A stretch of DNA of 64,000 nucleotides, taken from assembly GCA_030390025.1 (NCBI GenBank), contig JASTWF010000048.1, forward strand, positions 1,426,001 to 1,490,000, in the 5' to 3' direction. Below are positions 26,820-39,429 of this stretch, in pieces. Under the pieces are notes generated by a model. It was not told the origin of the DNA, did not search any database, and saw only the letters and a program-made list of their open reading frames with translations. How positions within the stretch are numbered: the stretch's first letter is position 1; the number at the start of each line of letters is the position of its first letter. This stretch comes from Squalus acanthias (lineage: Eukaryota). The translations under genes and the position numbers were made by a program.

Positions 26820-28340
26820 AGAAGGAACATGCATTTCTACAGCGCCTCTTGCGACCTCAGGAAGAACAAACCGCTTCACAGCCACTGTGGTAATGTAGGA
26901 AAGGCAGCAAAAAATATGCGCACAGCACGATTCCACAAATTGCAGTGTGATAATGACCGTTTAATTCGTTTTTTTTAGTGATCTTGATTTTGGGATCAAT
27001 ATAAATATTCGCGCTTCTTCCAATTAGTGTCCATGGGTTATTTGACGCCCACCTGAGAGGGCAAATAGGGTCTCGGTTTAACATCTAATTTGAAAGAGGG
27101 CATCACCGAAAATGCAGCGCTCCCTCAGTACTGTCCCTGCGACAGTGCAGCGCTCCCTTAGCACTGCACCACCGACAGTGCAGCGCTCCCTCAGTACTGC
27201 CTCACCGATGGTGCAGCACTCGCTCAGTACTGACCCTCCAACAGTGCATCATTCCATCAGGACAGCCCAACCGACAGTGCAGCGCTCCCTCAGTACTGCC
27301 CCCGAAAGTGCAGCGCTCCCTCAGAAATGCCCCTCCAACAGTACATCGGTACCTCAGGACTGACGGTCCGATAGTGCAGCACTCCCTCAGTACTACCGCT
27401 CCAACAGTACTGCCCTAACGACAGTGTACCACTCCCTCATTACTGACTCTCCGACAGTGCAGCGTTCCTCAGTACTGCCCCTACAAAATTACAGCGGTTC
27501 CAAAGTAATGAGGCTCCGACAATGCAGCGCTCCCTCAACACTGACCCTCCGAGAGTGCAGCGCTCCCACAGCATTGCCCCTCCAACAGTACAGCGCTCGC
27601 TCAGTACTGCAACTGAGACAGAGCAGCGATCTCTCAGTCCCGCCACTCCAACAGTACAGCGCTCCCTCAATACTGACCCCCGACAATGCAGCGCTGCATC
27701 AATACTGCCCCTGCTACAGGACAGTGATTCCTCAGGGCAGACGCTCCGACAGTGCAGCACTCCTCAGTACTTCCCCTCCAACATTGCAGCGCTCCCTCAG
27801 TACAGCCCAACCGACAGTGCAGCAAATACCTCAGTACTGTCCCTTCGACAGTGCAGCGCTCCCTCAGTACTGCCCCTCCAAGATACAGCGGTTCCTCAGT
27901 AATGACGCTCCGACAATGCAGTGCTCCCTCAGTACTTCCCCTCCAACAGTGCAGCGCTCCCTCAGTACAGCCCCACCGTCACTGCAGCGCTCCCTCAGTA
28001 CAGCCCCAACGACAGTGCAGCGATCCCTCAGTACTGCCCCTCCGACAGTGCAGCGCTCCCTCAGTACTGCCCCTCCGACATTGCGGCACTCCCTCAGTAC
28101 TGCCCCTCCGACAGTGCAGCGCTCCCTCAGTACTGCCCCTCCGACAGTGCAGCGATCCCTCAGTACTGCCCCACCGACAGTGCGGCGCCTGCTGAATACT
28201 GCCCCTCCGACAGTGCAACGCTCCCTCAGTACTGCCCATCCGACAGTGCAGCACTCCCTCACTACTGCACTAGTATCTAGAGAAGGACTCGAATCCACAA
28301 TCATCAATATCAGAGACTAGAATGTAAGCAACTGATCCAC
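26820..28340 (-). mobile_element. Deu-domain SINE with an expanded 33-bp array (about 27110-28270)
   Basis: Paralog of the 7330-8440 element with a longer array. Confidence 0.75.
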
Positions 28341-30565
28341 TGCTGAAGATATAATACATTTTTCAATAACGATCCTTGAATACGTGGTTTCCCTTGAATT
28401 ACGTGGGGTTAGTGCCACCGTCAAGGTTAGCCTGCGGCAATTGTGAAATATGTTTTATTCCACGGCACTGAATGATATAAGGGACGAAAGACTTCGGTTT
28501 TGTGGCGAGACTGCAGAGACTGGGGTTGTCCTCCTTGGAGCAGGGAAGTTTAAGTGGAGATTTACCAGAATGGTTTTTGGGATGAGGGACTTAAGTTATG
28601 CGGAGAGACTGGTGAACTGAGAACTATTCTCTTTAGAGCACACTGTCCTGCCCACTTCAAAGACTTGTGCACCAGCACCCCGAGGTCTCTCTGTTCTTGT
28701 ACGCACTTTAAAGTTGTACCATTTAGTGTGTATGGTCTCTCCTCATTTTTACTACCAAAATGTGTCACCTCACACTTAATGTGATCGAGGGGAGACCGAA
28801 TAGGCACTTCAGGAGAATAAACCTGCAGGGCTACGGGGATAGCGCGGGGGAATGGGGCTGACTGGATTGCTGCACGGACTCTATGGGCCGAATGGCCTCC
28901 TTCTGTGCAGTTATTACTCAATGACTCTATGACTGCTCTGTGTTAAATGTCATCTGACACGTGTCCGCCCATTTCACCAACCTGTCGATGTCTTCTTGAA
29001 GTCTATTACTATCCTCCTCACTGTTTACTGCACTTCCAAGTTTCGTGTTATCTGCAAATTTAGAAATTGTGCTCTGATCCCCCAACTCATTAATGTATAT
29101 CAAAAACAGCAGTGGTCCTAGTACTGAACATTGGGGAACACCGATGTATACCTTCCTCCAAAACTCTCTCTTTTATATCCCCTAGCCAATTTTGTATCCA
29201 CACTGGTCCTTCCCCTTTTATCCCATGGGATTCAAACTCGGTCAATTAGTTGGGTCAAAGGGCTCATTTGTTTTAGTTAGTGCAGGTTTCAGTTCACTTA
29301 TGGTAAACAAGAACTAAAGGGTTAAATACTTCGCTGCGCTACACTGCATTTTTGGAAAACACTTCAAAAGGCCCCGAGAGTATTATACAGAAGTAGGCTA
29401 ACGGTATTCAACAGATTCTCAAACTGCCTGCAGGAAGCAGGTGTTCCGACAAGAAAAGCATCTTGGGGCGGCGTCTCGACTTTGCACAGTATGAAACATC
29501 GGTGATAGGTTTAAGGGGTCGAAGATTAATCATTTACTCTTTGTATTGTGTTGTGCCACTTATGGCTACGAAGTGCAAGGGGAGATTTGCAAGAGGTGTT
29601 CAAAATCACGAACGGTTTTGATCAACTCAACAAGGAGCAACTTGTATCTAATGGCAGCAGGGTCGGTAACCAGAGGACACAAGTTTAAGGTAATTGGCAA
29701 AAGAACCAGATGAGCAGAATTTTTCTTTCAGCGAGTTGTCTGGAATTCACTGCCTCAAAGGGTGGAGGAAGCAGATTCAGGAGTATCTTTCAAAAGAGAA
29801 TTGGTTAAACGCTTCAAGGAGAACATTTTTCAGGGCTGTGGGGGACGGAGCAGGAGAACGAGACTAATTGTATTCCTATTTCAAGGAGCCAGTTCAGAAA
29901 CGATGGACCGAATGGCCTCCTTCTCCGCTGGAGCTTTCTATGATTCAATGATAATCAGCTCATCTCTCGTCGCTATTGCGCTGGTACAAATACTAGGAGT
30001 GATAGGCACCTCCTCTGCTGAGGTGAGCCTGGGACTCATTCAGTGGTATGATCGGGAGCTTTGTGTAACACCTTCCGATATGCCTTCTTTCGTAATTTCT
30101 ACTTTGCCATTAACCCAAACTCGTAATCTGCTTGTAAAAATGCACAGGATACTTTAACGAGAAATTACTCCAAAACATTCATACATCAATTTTAATAATT
30201 AATAATGTATTGAAATAATCTAAAGTGTAAAAGAATAAGAAGATAAATCAACAACAACAATATTAAACCATGAATTCTCATTTATTAAAGAGCATGATCT
30301 AAGGTACAGATANNNNNNNNNNNNNNNNNNNNNNNNNNNNNNNNNNNNNNNNNNNNNNNNNNNNNNNNNNNNNNNNNNNNNNNNNNNNNNNNNNNNNNNN
30401 NNNNNNNNNNNNNNNNNNNNNNNNNNNNNNNNNNNNNNNNNNNNNNNNNNNNNNNNNNNNNNNNNNNNNNNNNNNNNNNNNNNNNNTAGACCCACAGACA
30501 GGCAGAGACCCAGCTCTATCTCACACAGTTATTTATCTCTAACAGGAGTTTCCTATTTCCTTCAG

Positions 30566-30604
30566 GGTTTTTGTAGAGCTCCCTCAACACTCTGAGCCAC
30601 TGTG
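30566..30604 (-). other. 23-RSS of V6 (CACAGTG-23-ACAAAAACC)
   Basis: ggtttttgt at 30566-30574 and cactgtg at 30598-30604. Confidence 0.97.
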
Positions 30605-31627
30605 CAGACTCCAAGCGCAGTAATACACGGCCGAGTGATTTGCCCACAGACTGGTGGACTCCAGGTAGAAGTGGGTTTCGTCGGGTCTCCTGGCGGTGAA
30701 TCCGTCCACCTCACCGGCGGGAGTCACCGTTCCACGGTAGTTGGAATAGAAAAGGTTCTGAGGCTCCCGGTCAGGATGCCAGCGGTACCAGTAGAAAAAG
30801 GAGCTAGCATCCGCTTTTGTGTAAAGGCACTCGATGCTAATGGAAGTGCCCGGGGAATTTGATATGGAAGCGGGACTCTGTTCGATCAGCACGGCCCCCA
30901 CATCTGTAAAACAGAGTGAGGTTTTAACGCAGGAAAAATCAACACATCGACAGAGTGCCATGAAGAAGGACACGAGAGGGGAGGGAGATGGGAGCGGGAG
31001 AGAGACGCAGAGTTACAGAGAGAAATATGGAGAGCAAGCGACATAGAGTGGGGGAGAGACAGAGAGTTCGAGAGAGAAGGAAAGAGACTGAGAGAGAGAG
31101 AGAGGTGGCATAAAGAGAAACAGATCAAACTAGGGACAATCTGCACATTGACAGCCGCCGTGAAGAAGCACAAGAGGAGAGAGAGAGAAGCGCGCTAATA
31201 AATAGAAAGAGCGAGAGAAAGACAGAGTGAGGAAGAGAAAGAGAGACAGACAGACAGAGAGGGAGCTAGACAGAGAGCCGGACAGAGAGGGACTCTGACA
31301 GACAGAACTAGAGAGACTGAAAGAGAGAGAGACAGGGAGAAAGAGAGAGGCAGACAGCCAGAGCTAGAAAGACAGAGTGAGGAAAAGAGAGACAGAGAGA
31401 GACAGACAGAGAGAGAAAGACACACACACACACACACACAGACTGAGAGTGGGACATATAAACCGAGGAAGCGAGAATCTACACCAACAGGTTAAAGAGA
31501 TCAGGATGGGATTAAATCCAACTGGGGACATGCGGGGAAATAACACTGAGGATGACTGAAACCTCACAGTCCACTCCAACTTACCCGTTAACACCAGCAG
31601 CACAACCCAGAGCTGAGACACAGCCAT
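30605..31627 (-). CDS. TRBV: TCR beta V segment V6, TRBV30-like 'CAWS' family, apparently functional
   Basis: Leader 31585-31627 (MAVSQLWVVLLVLT). V exon 30605-30903 ends AVYYCAWSL. GA/CA-microsatellite intron. Confidence 0.9.
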
Positions 31628-31989
31628 CTCTGGAGGGAGAAAGATCCGGCTGTTTATGGTGTGAAATCACTGAGCCGTTTTATTGTAGAATATCTCAAAA
31701 TTCTGGGCACTAAGTGAAATTTACTGTCCCCTCTTCTGACAACGTTAAATGTTCGGATGGGCGGATCCATTCTCTCTTAAATTTTCATGGGCTCCCACAT
31801 CGGCACTGGTCATTTCCGGGGCGGGACTACTGAGGCCGCCGGTTAATCGGCGGTCTGTCTCCTCCATTTGGTGGCGGACTCTGCAGTCTTAAACATGCAA
31901 ACACCCAAAGGCTCCAGCTGAGATTGCGGTGATGGACAGGGAGTGAGAAAAGGGAGTTATACTGTCTGTCTGATTCATTCAATGCACAA

Positions 31990-33235
31990 CTAGTGAGTCA
32001 GGGTCTTTACTCTGTATCTAATTAGTGAGTGAGGGTCTTTACTGTGTATGTAATCACTGAGTGAGGGTCTTTACTCTGTATCTAATCAGTGAGTGAGGGT
32101 CTTTACTCTGTATCTAATCAGTGAGTGAGGGTCTTTACTCTGTTTCCAATCAGTGAGTGATGGTCTTTACTCTGTATCTAATCACGGAGTGAGGGCCTTT
32201 ACTCTGTATCTAATCAATGAGTGAGGATCATTACTCTCTATCTAATCAGTGAGTGAGGGTCTTTACTCTGTATCTATTCAGTGAGTGAGCATCTTTACTC
32301 TGTATCTAATGAGTGAGTGAGGGTCATTATTCTGTATCTAATCAGTGAGTGAGGAGGTTTACTCTGTATCTAATCAGTGAGTGAGGTTCGTTACTCTGTA
32401 TCTAATCAGTGAGTGAGGGTCTTTACTCTGTATCTAATCAGTGAGTGACGGATTTTACTCTGTATCTAATCAGTGAGTGTGGCTCATTACTCTGTATCTA
32501 TTCAGTGAGTGAGGGTCTTTACTCTGTATCTAATCAGTGAGTGAGGGTCTTTACTCTGTATCTAATAATTGAGTGAGGGTCTTTACTCCGCATCTAATCA
32601 GTGACTGAGGGTCTTTACTCTGTATCTCTTCAGTGAGTGAGGGTCTTTACTCTGTATCTAATCAGTGAGTGAGGGTCTTTACTCCGCATCTAATCAGTGA
32701 CTGAGGCTCTTTATTCTGTATCTAATCAGTGAGTGAGGGTCATTACTCTGTATCAATTCATGAAGTGAGCAGCTTTACTCTGTATCTAATGAGTGAGTGA
32801 GGGTCATTACTCTGTATCTAGTCAGTGAGTGAGCATCTTTACTCTGTATCTAATGAGTGAGTGAGGGTCATTACTCTGTATCGAATCAGTGAGTGGGGAG
32901 CATTACTCTATATCTAATCAGTGAGTGAGGGTCTTTAATCTGTATCTAATCAGTGAGTGAGGGTCTTTACTCTGTATCTAATCAGCGAGTGAGGGTCTTT
33001 ACTCTGTATCTAATCAGTGAGTGACGGATTTTACTCTGTATCTAATCAGTGAGTTGGCTCATTACTCTGTATCTAATCATTGAGTGGGGGTCTTTACTCT
33101 GTATCTAATCAGTGAGTGGGGTCTTTACTCTCTATCTAATCAGTGAGTGAGGAGCTTTATTCTGTATCTATTCAGTGAGTGAGGGTCTTCATTCTATATC
33201 AAAACATTGAATGATGGGCTTTACTCTGTATCTAA
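31990..33235. repeat. 32-bp minisatellite (TTTACTCTGTATCTAATCAGTGAGTGAGGGTC), about 39 units
   Basis: Direct tandem periodicity of 32 bp. Short versions occur at about 4015-4210 and 11895-12085. Confidence 0.95.
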
Positions 33236-33346
33236 CCTATGCTGTCGCGTCTTGATAAAACCACCCACCCCGCCCCCTCGGGGTAAATGCCAACCCCAGC
33301 AATGCTGCGACTGGTTCGGTCCTGAGCCCCGTTCTCTGCTGCACCG

Positions 33347-33669
33347 GGTTTCTGTTGCACCGCCCCGGCTCCTTGTGTCACTGTTGTCTCGCCAGGCGCA
33401 GTAATACATCCCCGAGTGGTTCGCTCGCAGTCTGGCCTTTCGCAGGTGACAGTTAGATCCGTCGGGTCCAGAGGCGGTGATGCCGTCCACCTCGCCCACC
33501 GGGTCGATGCGCACGGTATTGGGAGGGTAGAAGAGCAGCAAGAGCTCTCCGTCTGCGAGCTGGCGGTACCAGGAAAACACTGTAACGACGGAGTCCTCTG
33601 CATAACAGCGGGTGTGCAGGGATTTGCAGATTACAGCCGGAATTTGCTGAACATTGCCGCTCGCTGCAC
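33347..33669 (-). pseudogene. TRBV: TCR beta V pseudogene/ORF V7, divergent relative of the CAWS family
   Basis: Open V exon 33386-33669 (VQQIPAV...RC...WYRQ...NHSGMYYCAWRD) with a shortened FR1. The RSS heptamer is AACAGTG (invariant first C lost), then 23 bp and ACAGAAACC. No in-phase hydrophobic leader found. Confidence 0.8.
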
Positions 33670-33999
33670 CTGCGAATATGAAGAACATAATGGGGTTAAA
33701 CTACAGGGGGCGCTCACATTCGGAGCCAAACTGAGCCGTGGCATTTCAGAGGGTGACTTACTGTGCACCAGCAGCGCAGACACCTGACACATGATTAGAT
33801 GCATTGTGATTAATAGTATGCACAATTTTGTAAAAAGAATCTGCCCTCCCGGCAGCTGCGTGGCGGCTTTATCGAACTGCAGTTCTGTTTGATTGACAGC
33901 TGCAGCCCGCACACTCCAAGCACCTCCTCCTTGCTGTCTGATTGACAGATGATGATCCCTGAACACTACCTCGCCCCTCCTGGCTTCTGTTCGCTCTCC

Positions 34000-35990
34000 A
34001 AATTACCGAGGTCCATCATCCCTGGTACCATTCTGATAAATTTCCCCTTAACCTCCTCTGCTCAAAGGAAAACAATCCCAGGTTTTCTGGTCTCGCCACA
34101 CAACTGATGTCCCTCGTTCCTGGTAACATTCCGGTAAATCTCCTCGGCACCCTCTTTGAGGCATTGACATCCTTTCTAAAGTTTGTGTGGACTCAAAACT
34201 CCAGGTGAGATTGGGGAAAATGGTCTCTCCATGTTTATACATTAAAACAAATCGCACTATATTGTGAGAAAGTTGTTACTCAATTCGATTCTTACACCGC
34301 ACCAAAATAAAGCAATAAGTTGGAGAATGTTGTAAAGCATTGTGGCGGAGAGATGCACTCCGGTGGGTGCTGTTTTTTCAAACAAAGTGTCACAAAGTAT
34401 TTACAGCACAAAAACAGGCCATTCGGCCTAACAGGTCCATGCCGCTGTTTATGCTGCACACGAGCCTCCTCCCAACCCTCTTCGTCAAAAGCCATCAACC
34501 TATCCTTCTATTCATAAGAAAATAAGAAAGAGGAGCAGGAGTATCTCATTTCGCCCTTCGAGCCTACTCCGCCATTCAATAAGATCATGGCTGATCTTCT
34601 ACCGCATCTCCACTTCCCTGCACTATCCTCATATCCCTTGAACCCTTAATATTCAAAAATCTATCGAGCTCTGTCTTGAATATACTCAACGACTGAGCCT
34701 CCACAGCCCTCTGGGATAGAGAATTCCAAAGATTCACCACCCACTGAGTGAAGAAATTTCTCCTCATCTCAGTCCTAAATATCCGAACCCTTATTCTGAG
34801 ATTGTGACACCCTGGTTCTCGACTCCCCAGCCAGCGGAAACATCCTCTCTGCATCTACCCTGTCAAGCCCTGTAAGAATTTTGTATGTTTCAATTCCTTC
34901 TCCTTGTGCATATCGAGCTTCTCCTTGAAAATGTCTACGCTATTCACCTCGATTACTCCCTGTTGTAGCGAATTCCACATTCTAACCACTCTCTGGGCAA
35001 ATAAGGTTCTCCTGAATTTACTATTGGATCTATTAGTGACTACCTTATATTTATGGGCCCTAGTGCTGGTCTCCCTGCAAGTGGAAACATCTTCTCTATC
35101 TCTACCCCATTTAACCCTTTCATAATCTTGAAGATCTCGATCAGGTACCCCCCTCAGTCTTCTCTTTTCTAGAGAAAAGAGACACAGCATGTCCAATCTT
35201 TCCTGATAGGTATAAGCTCTCAGTTCTGGTATCATTCTTAATAAATATCTTTTGGACCTTCTCCAGTGTCTCTATATATATGGAAATGACACAGAACCAG
35301 CGGATTGGACCATTAAGGGGAACTTTAGTTCTGCGGCGGCATTGCTCATTCGGTGCCAAATCATAGAGTGGCGTTGGCTTCAATGGAGCTACAGCTCAAC
35401 TTAGTGGATACATCGTGCAACTACAATCACCTGGGACTTGGGTTTTTCCCAGTTTAACCGATAACGTAAGTTTTTCAAGTCAAATCTTGAAAGAGATTCT
35501 CCTTCCAACTTTCTCCTCTGCTTCAGATACTGGCATTTGCTATATGGAATTACATAGAATGTCCAGCACAGAATCATGCCGCTTGGCCCAACTGGTCTGT
35601 GCAGGTTTGTATGCTTCACACGACCCTCCTCCCACCCTTCTTCATCTCACCATTTCAGCACATACTTACTTTCCTTTCAAACTCGGATGTTTAAAAAGTA
35701 TCCACTTCAGTGCATCTATGCTATTTATCTCACTCTGTCCCCGTGGTAGCGAGTTCCACACACACTGTGTAAAGAAGTATCTCCTGAATTCCTTTTTGGA
35801 TGTATCAGTGACTATCATATTGCCCCTTGATTTTGTATCCCCCACGAATGGAAACATCTTCTCATCGTCTACCGGATGAAATCTTTCATAATTGTAAAGC
35901 CCTCTATTAATTCATCCTTCAGTCTTCTCTATTCGAGAGAAATGAACCCCAGCCTGTTTAGATTTTGCTGTTTGATATAATCACACCATG
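34000..35990 (-). mobile_element. Mixed decayed CR1 fragments (with a non-TE block at about 35290-35560)
   Basis: RRNFFTQWVVNLWNSL; YQERLDMLCLFSLEKRRLRG; FFTQCVWNSLP. Confidence 0.8.
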
Positions 35991-35994
35991 CACT

Positions 35995-38835
35995 TCAAGT
36001 GAGGTCTAACGAAGGCATATGGAGACCAGAACTGTGCACAGTGCTCCAAGTGTGGTCAAACCAAGGTATGTGGAGACCAGAACTGTGCACAGTGCTCAAA
36101 GTGTGGTCTAACCAAGGTATATGGAGACCGGTACTGTGCACAATGCTCGAAGTGTGGTCTAACCAAGCTATATGCAGACCATAATTGTGCACAGTACACC
36201 AAGTGTAATCTAACCAAGGTATATGGAGACCGGATCTGTGCACATTGCTCCATAAGTGATTAAACCAAGGCACATAGAGACAGAACTGTGCACAGTGCTC
36301 CAAGTCTGGTCAAACTAATGTATATGGAAACCAGAACTGTTCACAGTGCTCAAAGTGTGGTCTAACCAAGGTATGTGGAAACCAGAATTATGCACAATGC
36401 TCGAAGTGTGGTCTAACCAAGGTATATGGAGACCATAATTGCGCACAGTACTCCAAGTGTGCTCTACCCATGGTATATGGAGACCGGATCTGTGCACATT
36501 GCTCCATAAGTGGTTAAACCAATATATATGAAGACCAGATCTGTGCACAGTGCTACATAAGTGGTTAAAACAAGGTATATGGAGACCAGAACTGTGCACA
36601 GTTCTCTAAGGGTGGTCTAACTAAGGTATATGGAGATGAGAACTGTGATCATTGCTCTAAGTTTGGTCTAACCAAGGTTTATGGAGACCAGAACTGTGCA
36701 CAGTACTCCAAGAGTGCTCTAACCAAGGTATATGAAGGCCGATATGTGCACAGTGCTCCATAAGTGGTCTAACCAAGGTATATGGAGACCAGAGCTGTGC
36801 ACAGTGCTCTAAGTGTGGTCTAACCAACGTATATGGAGACCAGAACTGTGCTCAGTGCTCTAAGTGTGGTGTAACCAAGGTGTATGGAGACCAAAACTGT
36901 GCACAGTGCTCCAAGTGTGGTCTAACCAAGGTATATGAAGGCCAGAACTGTGCACAGAACTCCAAGTATGCTCTAACCAAGGTATATGAAGGCCAGATCT
37001 GTGCACAGTCCTGCATAAGTGGTCTAACCAAGGTATATGGTGACCAGAACTGTGCACAGTGCTCTAAGTGTGGTGTAACCAAGGTATATGGAGACCAGAA
37101 CTGTGCACAGTACTCCAAGTGTGCTCTAACCAAGGTATATGCAGACCATAATTGTGCACAGCACCCCAAGTGTACTCTAACGAAGGTATATGGAGACCGC
37201 ATCTGTGCACATTGCTCCATAAGTGATTAAACCAAGGCATATAGAGACAGAACTGTGCACAGTGCTCCAAGTGTGGTCAAACTAATGTATATGGAATCCA
37301 GAACTGTTCACAGTGCTCAAAGTGTGGTGTAACCAAGGTATATGGAAACCAGAACTATGCATAATACTCGAAGTGTGGTCTAACCAAGCTATATGGAGAC
37401 CATAATTACACAGTACTCCAAGTTTGCTCTAACCATGGTATATGGGGACCGGGTCTGTGCACATTGCTCCATAAGTGGTTAAACCAAGGTATATGGAGAC
37501 CAGAACTGTGCACTGTACTGCAAGTGTGCTCTAACCAAGGTATATGAAGGCCAGATCTGTGCACTGTGCTCCATAAGTGATCTAACCAAGATATATGGAG
37601 ACCAGAACTGCGCACAGTGCTCTAATTGTGGTCTAACCAAGGTATATGGAGACGAGAACTATGCTCAGTGCTCTAAGTGTGGTGTAACCAAGGTGTATGG
37701 AGACCAGAACTGGGCACAGTGCTCCAAGTGTGGTCTAACCAAGGTATATAGAGACCAGAACTGTGCACAGTACTCCAAGTGTGCTCTAACCTAGGCATAT
37801 GAAGGTCAGATCTGTGCACTGTGCTCCATAAGTGGTCTAACCAAGATATATGGAAACCAGAACTGTGCACAGTGCTCTAATTGTGGTCTCAGCAAGGTAT
37901 ATGGAGACGAGAACTGTGCTCAGTGCTCTAAGTGTGGTGTAACCAAGGTGTATGGAGACCAGAACTGTGCACAGTACTCCAAGTGTGCTCTAACCAAGGT
38001 ATATGATGGCCAGATCTGTGCACAGTGCTCTAAGTGTGGTCTCAGCAAGGTATATGGAGATGAGCAATGTGCTCAGTGCTCTAAGTGCGGTGTAACCAAG
38101 GTGTATGGAGACCAGAACTGTGCACAGTGCTCCAAGTGTGGTCTAACCAAGGTATATGAAGGCCAGATCTGTGCACAATGCTGCTTAATGGTCTAACCAA
38201 GGTATATGGAGACCAGAACTGTGCACAGTGCTCTAAGTGTGGTCTCAGCAAGGTATATGGAGACGAGCAATGTGCTCAGTGCTCTAAGTGCGGTGTAACC
38301 AAGGTGTATGGAGACCAGAACTGTGCACAGTGCTCCAAGTGTGGTCTAACCAAGGTATATGAAGGCCAGATCTGTGCACAATGCTGCTTAATGGTCTAAC
38401 CAAGGTATATGGAGACCAGAACTGTGCACAGTGCTCTAAGTATGGTGTAACCAAGGTGTATGGAGACCAGAACTGTGCTCAGTGCTCTAAGTGTGGTGTA
38501 ACCTAGGTGTATGGAGACCAGAACTGTGCACAGTGCTCCAAGTGTGGTCTAAGCAAGGTATATGAAGGCCAGATCTGTGCACAGTGCTCCATAAGTGGTC
38601 TAACCAAGGTATATGGAGACCAGAACTGTGCACAGTGCTCCATAAGTGGTCTTACGAAGGTATATGGAGATTAGAACTGTGCACAATGCTCTAAGTGTGA
38701 TGTAACCAAGGTTTAGGGAGACCACAACTGTGCCTAGTACTCCAAGTATGATCTAACCAAGATATATGGAGACCAGAATTGTTCACAATACTCCAAGTGT
38801 GATCTAACCATGCTATATGGAGTCCGCAACTCTGC
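35995..38835. repeat. 51-bp minisatellite derived from CR1 ORF2, about 55 units
   Basis: Unit GGAGACCAGAACTGTGCACAGTGCTCCAAGTGTGGTCTAACCAAGGTATAT; the minus strand translates as TLVRPHLEHCAQFWSPY. Confidence 0.95.
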
Positions 38836-38888
38836 ACGGGGCGCTGATCCCTGTAAATTTGCATGAAGTTCAGGCCATGTTGTATAAG

Positions 38889-39118
38889 GTTATTTGTCTA
38901 AGCGGCGCCTGACTCTGAACCGCTTTATCCCATCAGCAGCTTTACAGAAATACACCGCCACATCCGGGCGTTTAACGCTTTCGATCATGAGGGAGGATTT
39001 ATTTTTCTCCCCAGTCCCCTTAGTAGCGGACCCGCTCCTCAAACCCTGAAGATACTGAGCTGCATTACATAAATGAATAGATCCAATTCACACGATTAGC
39101 CGGCGGGCTTACCATAGT
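38889..39118 (-). pseudogene. TRBV: 5'-truncated TCR beta V pseudogene V8 (V5-like)
   Basis: Not in the ORF track. The minus strand reads LW*...IGSIHLCNAAQYLQGLRSG...KSSLMIESVKRPDVAVYFCKAADG, followed by a decayed RSS, TAAAGCG-23-ACAAATAAC (38889-38927). Confidence 0.85.
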
Positions 39119-39390
39119 TCTAAGACACCTTTCTTTCTTTCTTTCCTTCTGTCTTTCCTTCTTTCTTTACTTCTTTCCTTCTGTATTTCTTTCCTTCTCT
39201 CTTTCCTTCTTTCGTTGTTTCTTTCTTTCTGTCTCTCATTTCCTCGCACCTTCTCTTATTTCCTGTCATTCTGCCCCTGTTAACCATGCAAGAATCGTGT
39301 GCAACCAGGTGGAAATAGCCGGTGAAGCGTGCAGACAATAGCCATTGTCACAGCTCTTGTTATTCAGTGAGTTGTGTTGTTCACTCTGCT

Positions 39391-39429
39391 GGTTTTTGTA
39401 CTGGCACTCGCGCAGTCTGCAGCGCTGTG
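39391..39429 (-). other. 23-RSS of V9 (CACAGCG-23-ACAAAAACC)
   Basis: ggtttttgt at 39391-39399 and cgctgtg at 39423-39429. Confidence 0.96.

Noticed and set aside
27424-28320. Long ORFs with LSTAPPTVQRS repeats (also about 7.9, 45.9, 53.6 and 57.5 kb)
   Set aside because: Artefact of the 33-bp (11-codon) SINE minisatellite.
36880-38399. Cys-rich plus-strand ORFs (YGDQNCAQCSKCGLTKV)n resembling metallothionein or zinc fingers
   Set aside because: Antisense translation of the CR1-derived 51-bp satellite.
33699-39315. Weaker plus-strand CTCF-like matches (about 33700, 38830, 39303)
   Set aside because: Two or three mismatches at core positions; not supportable without PWM scoring.
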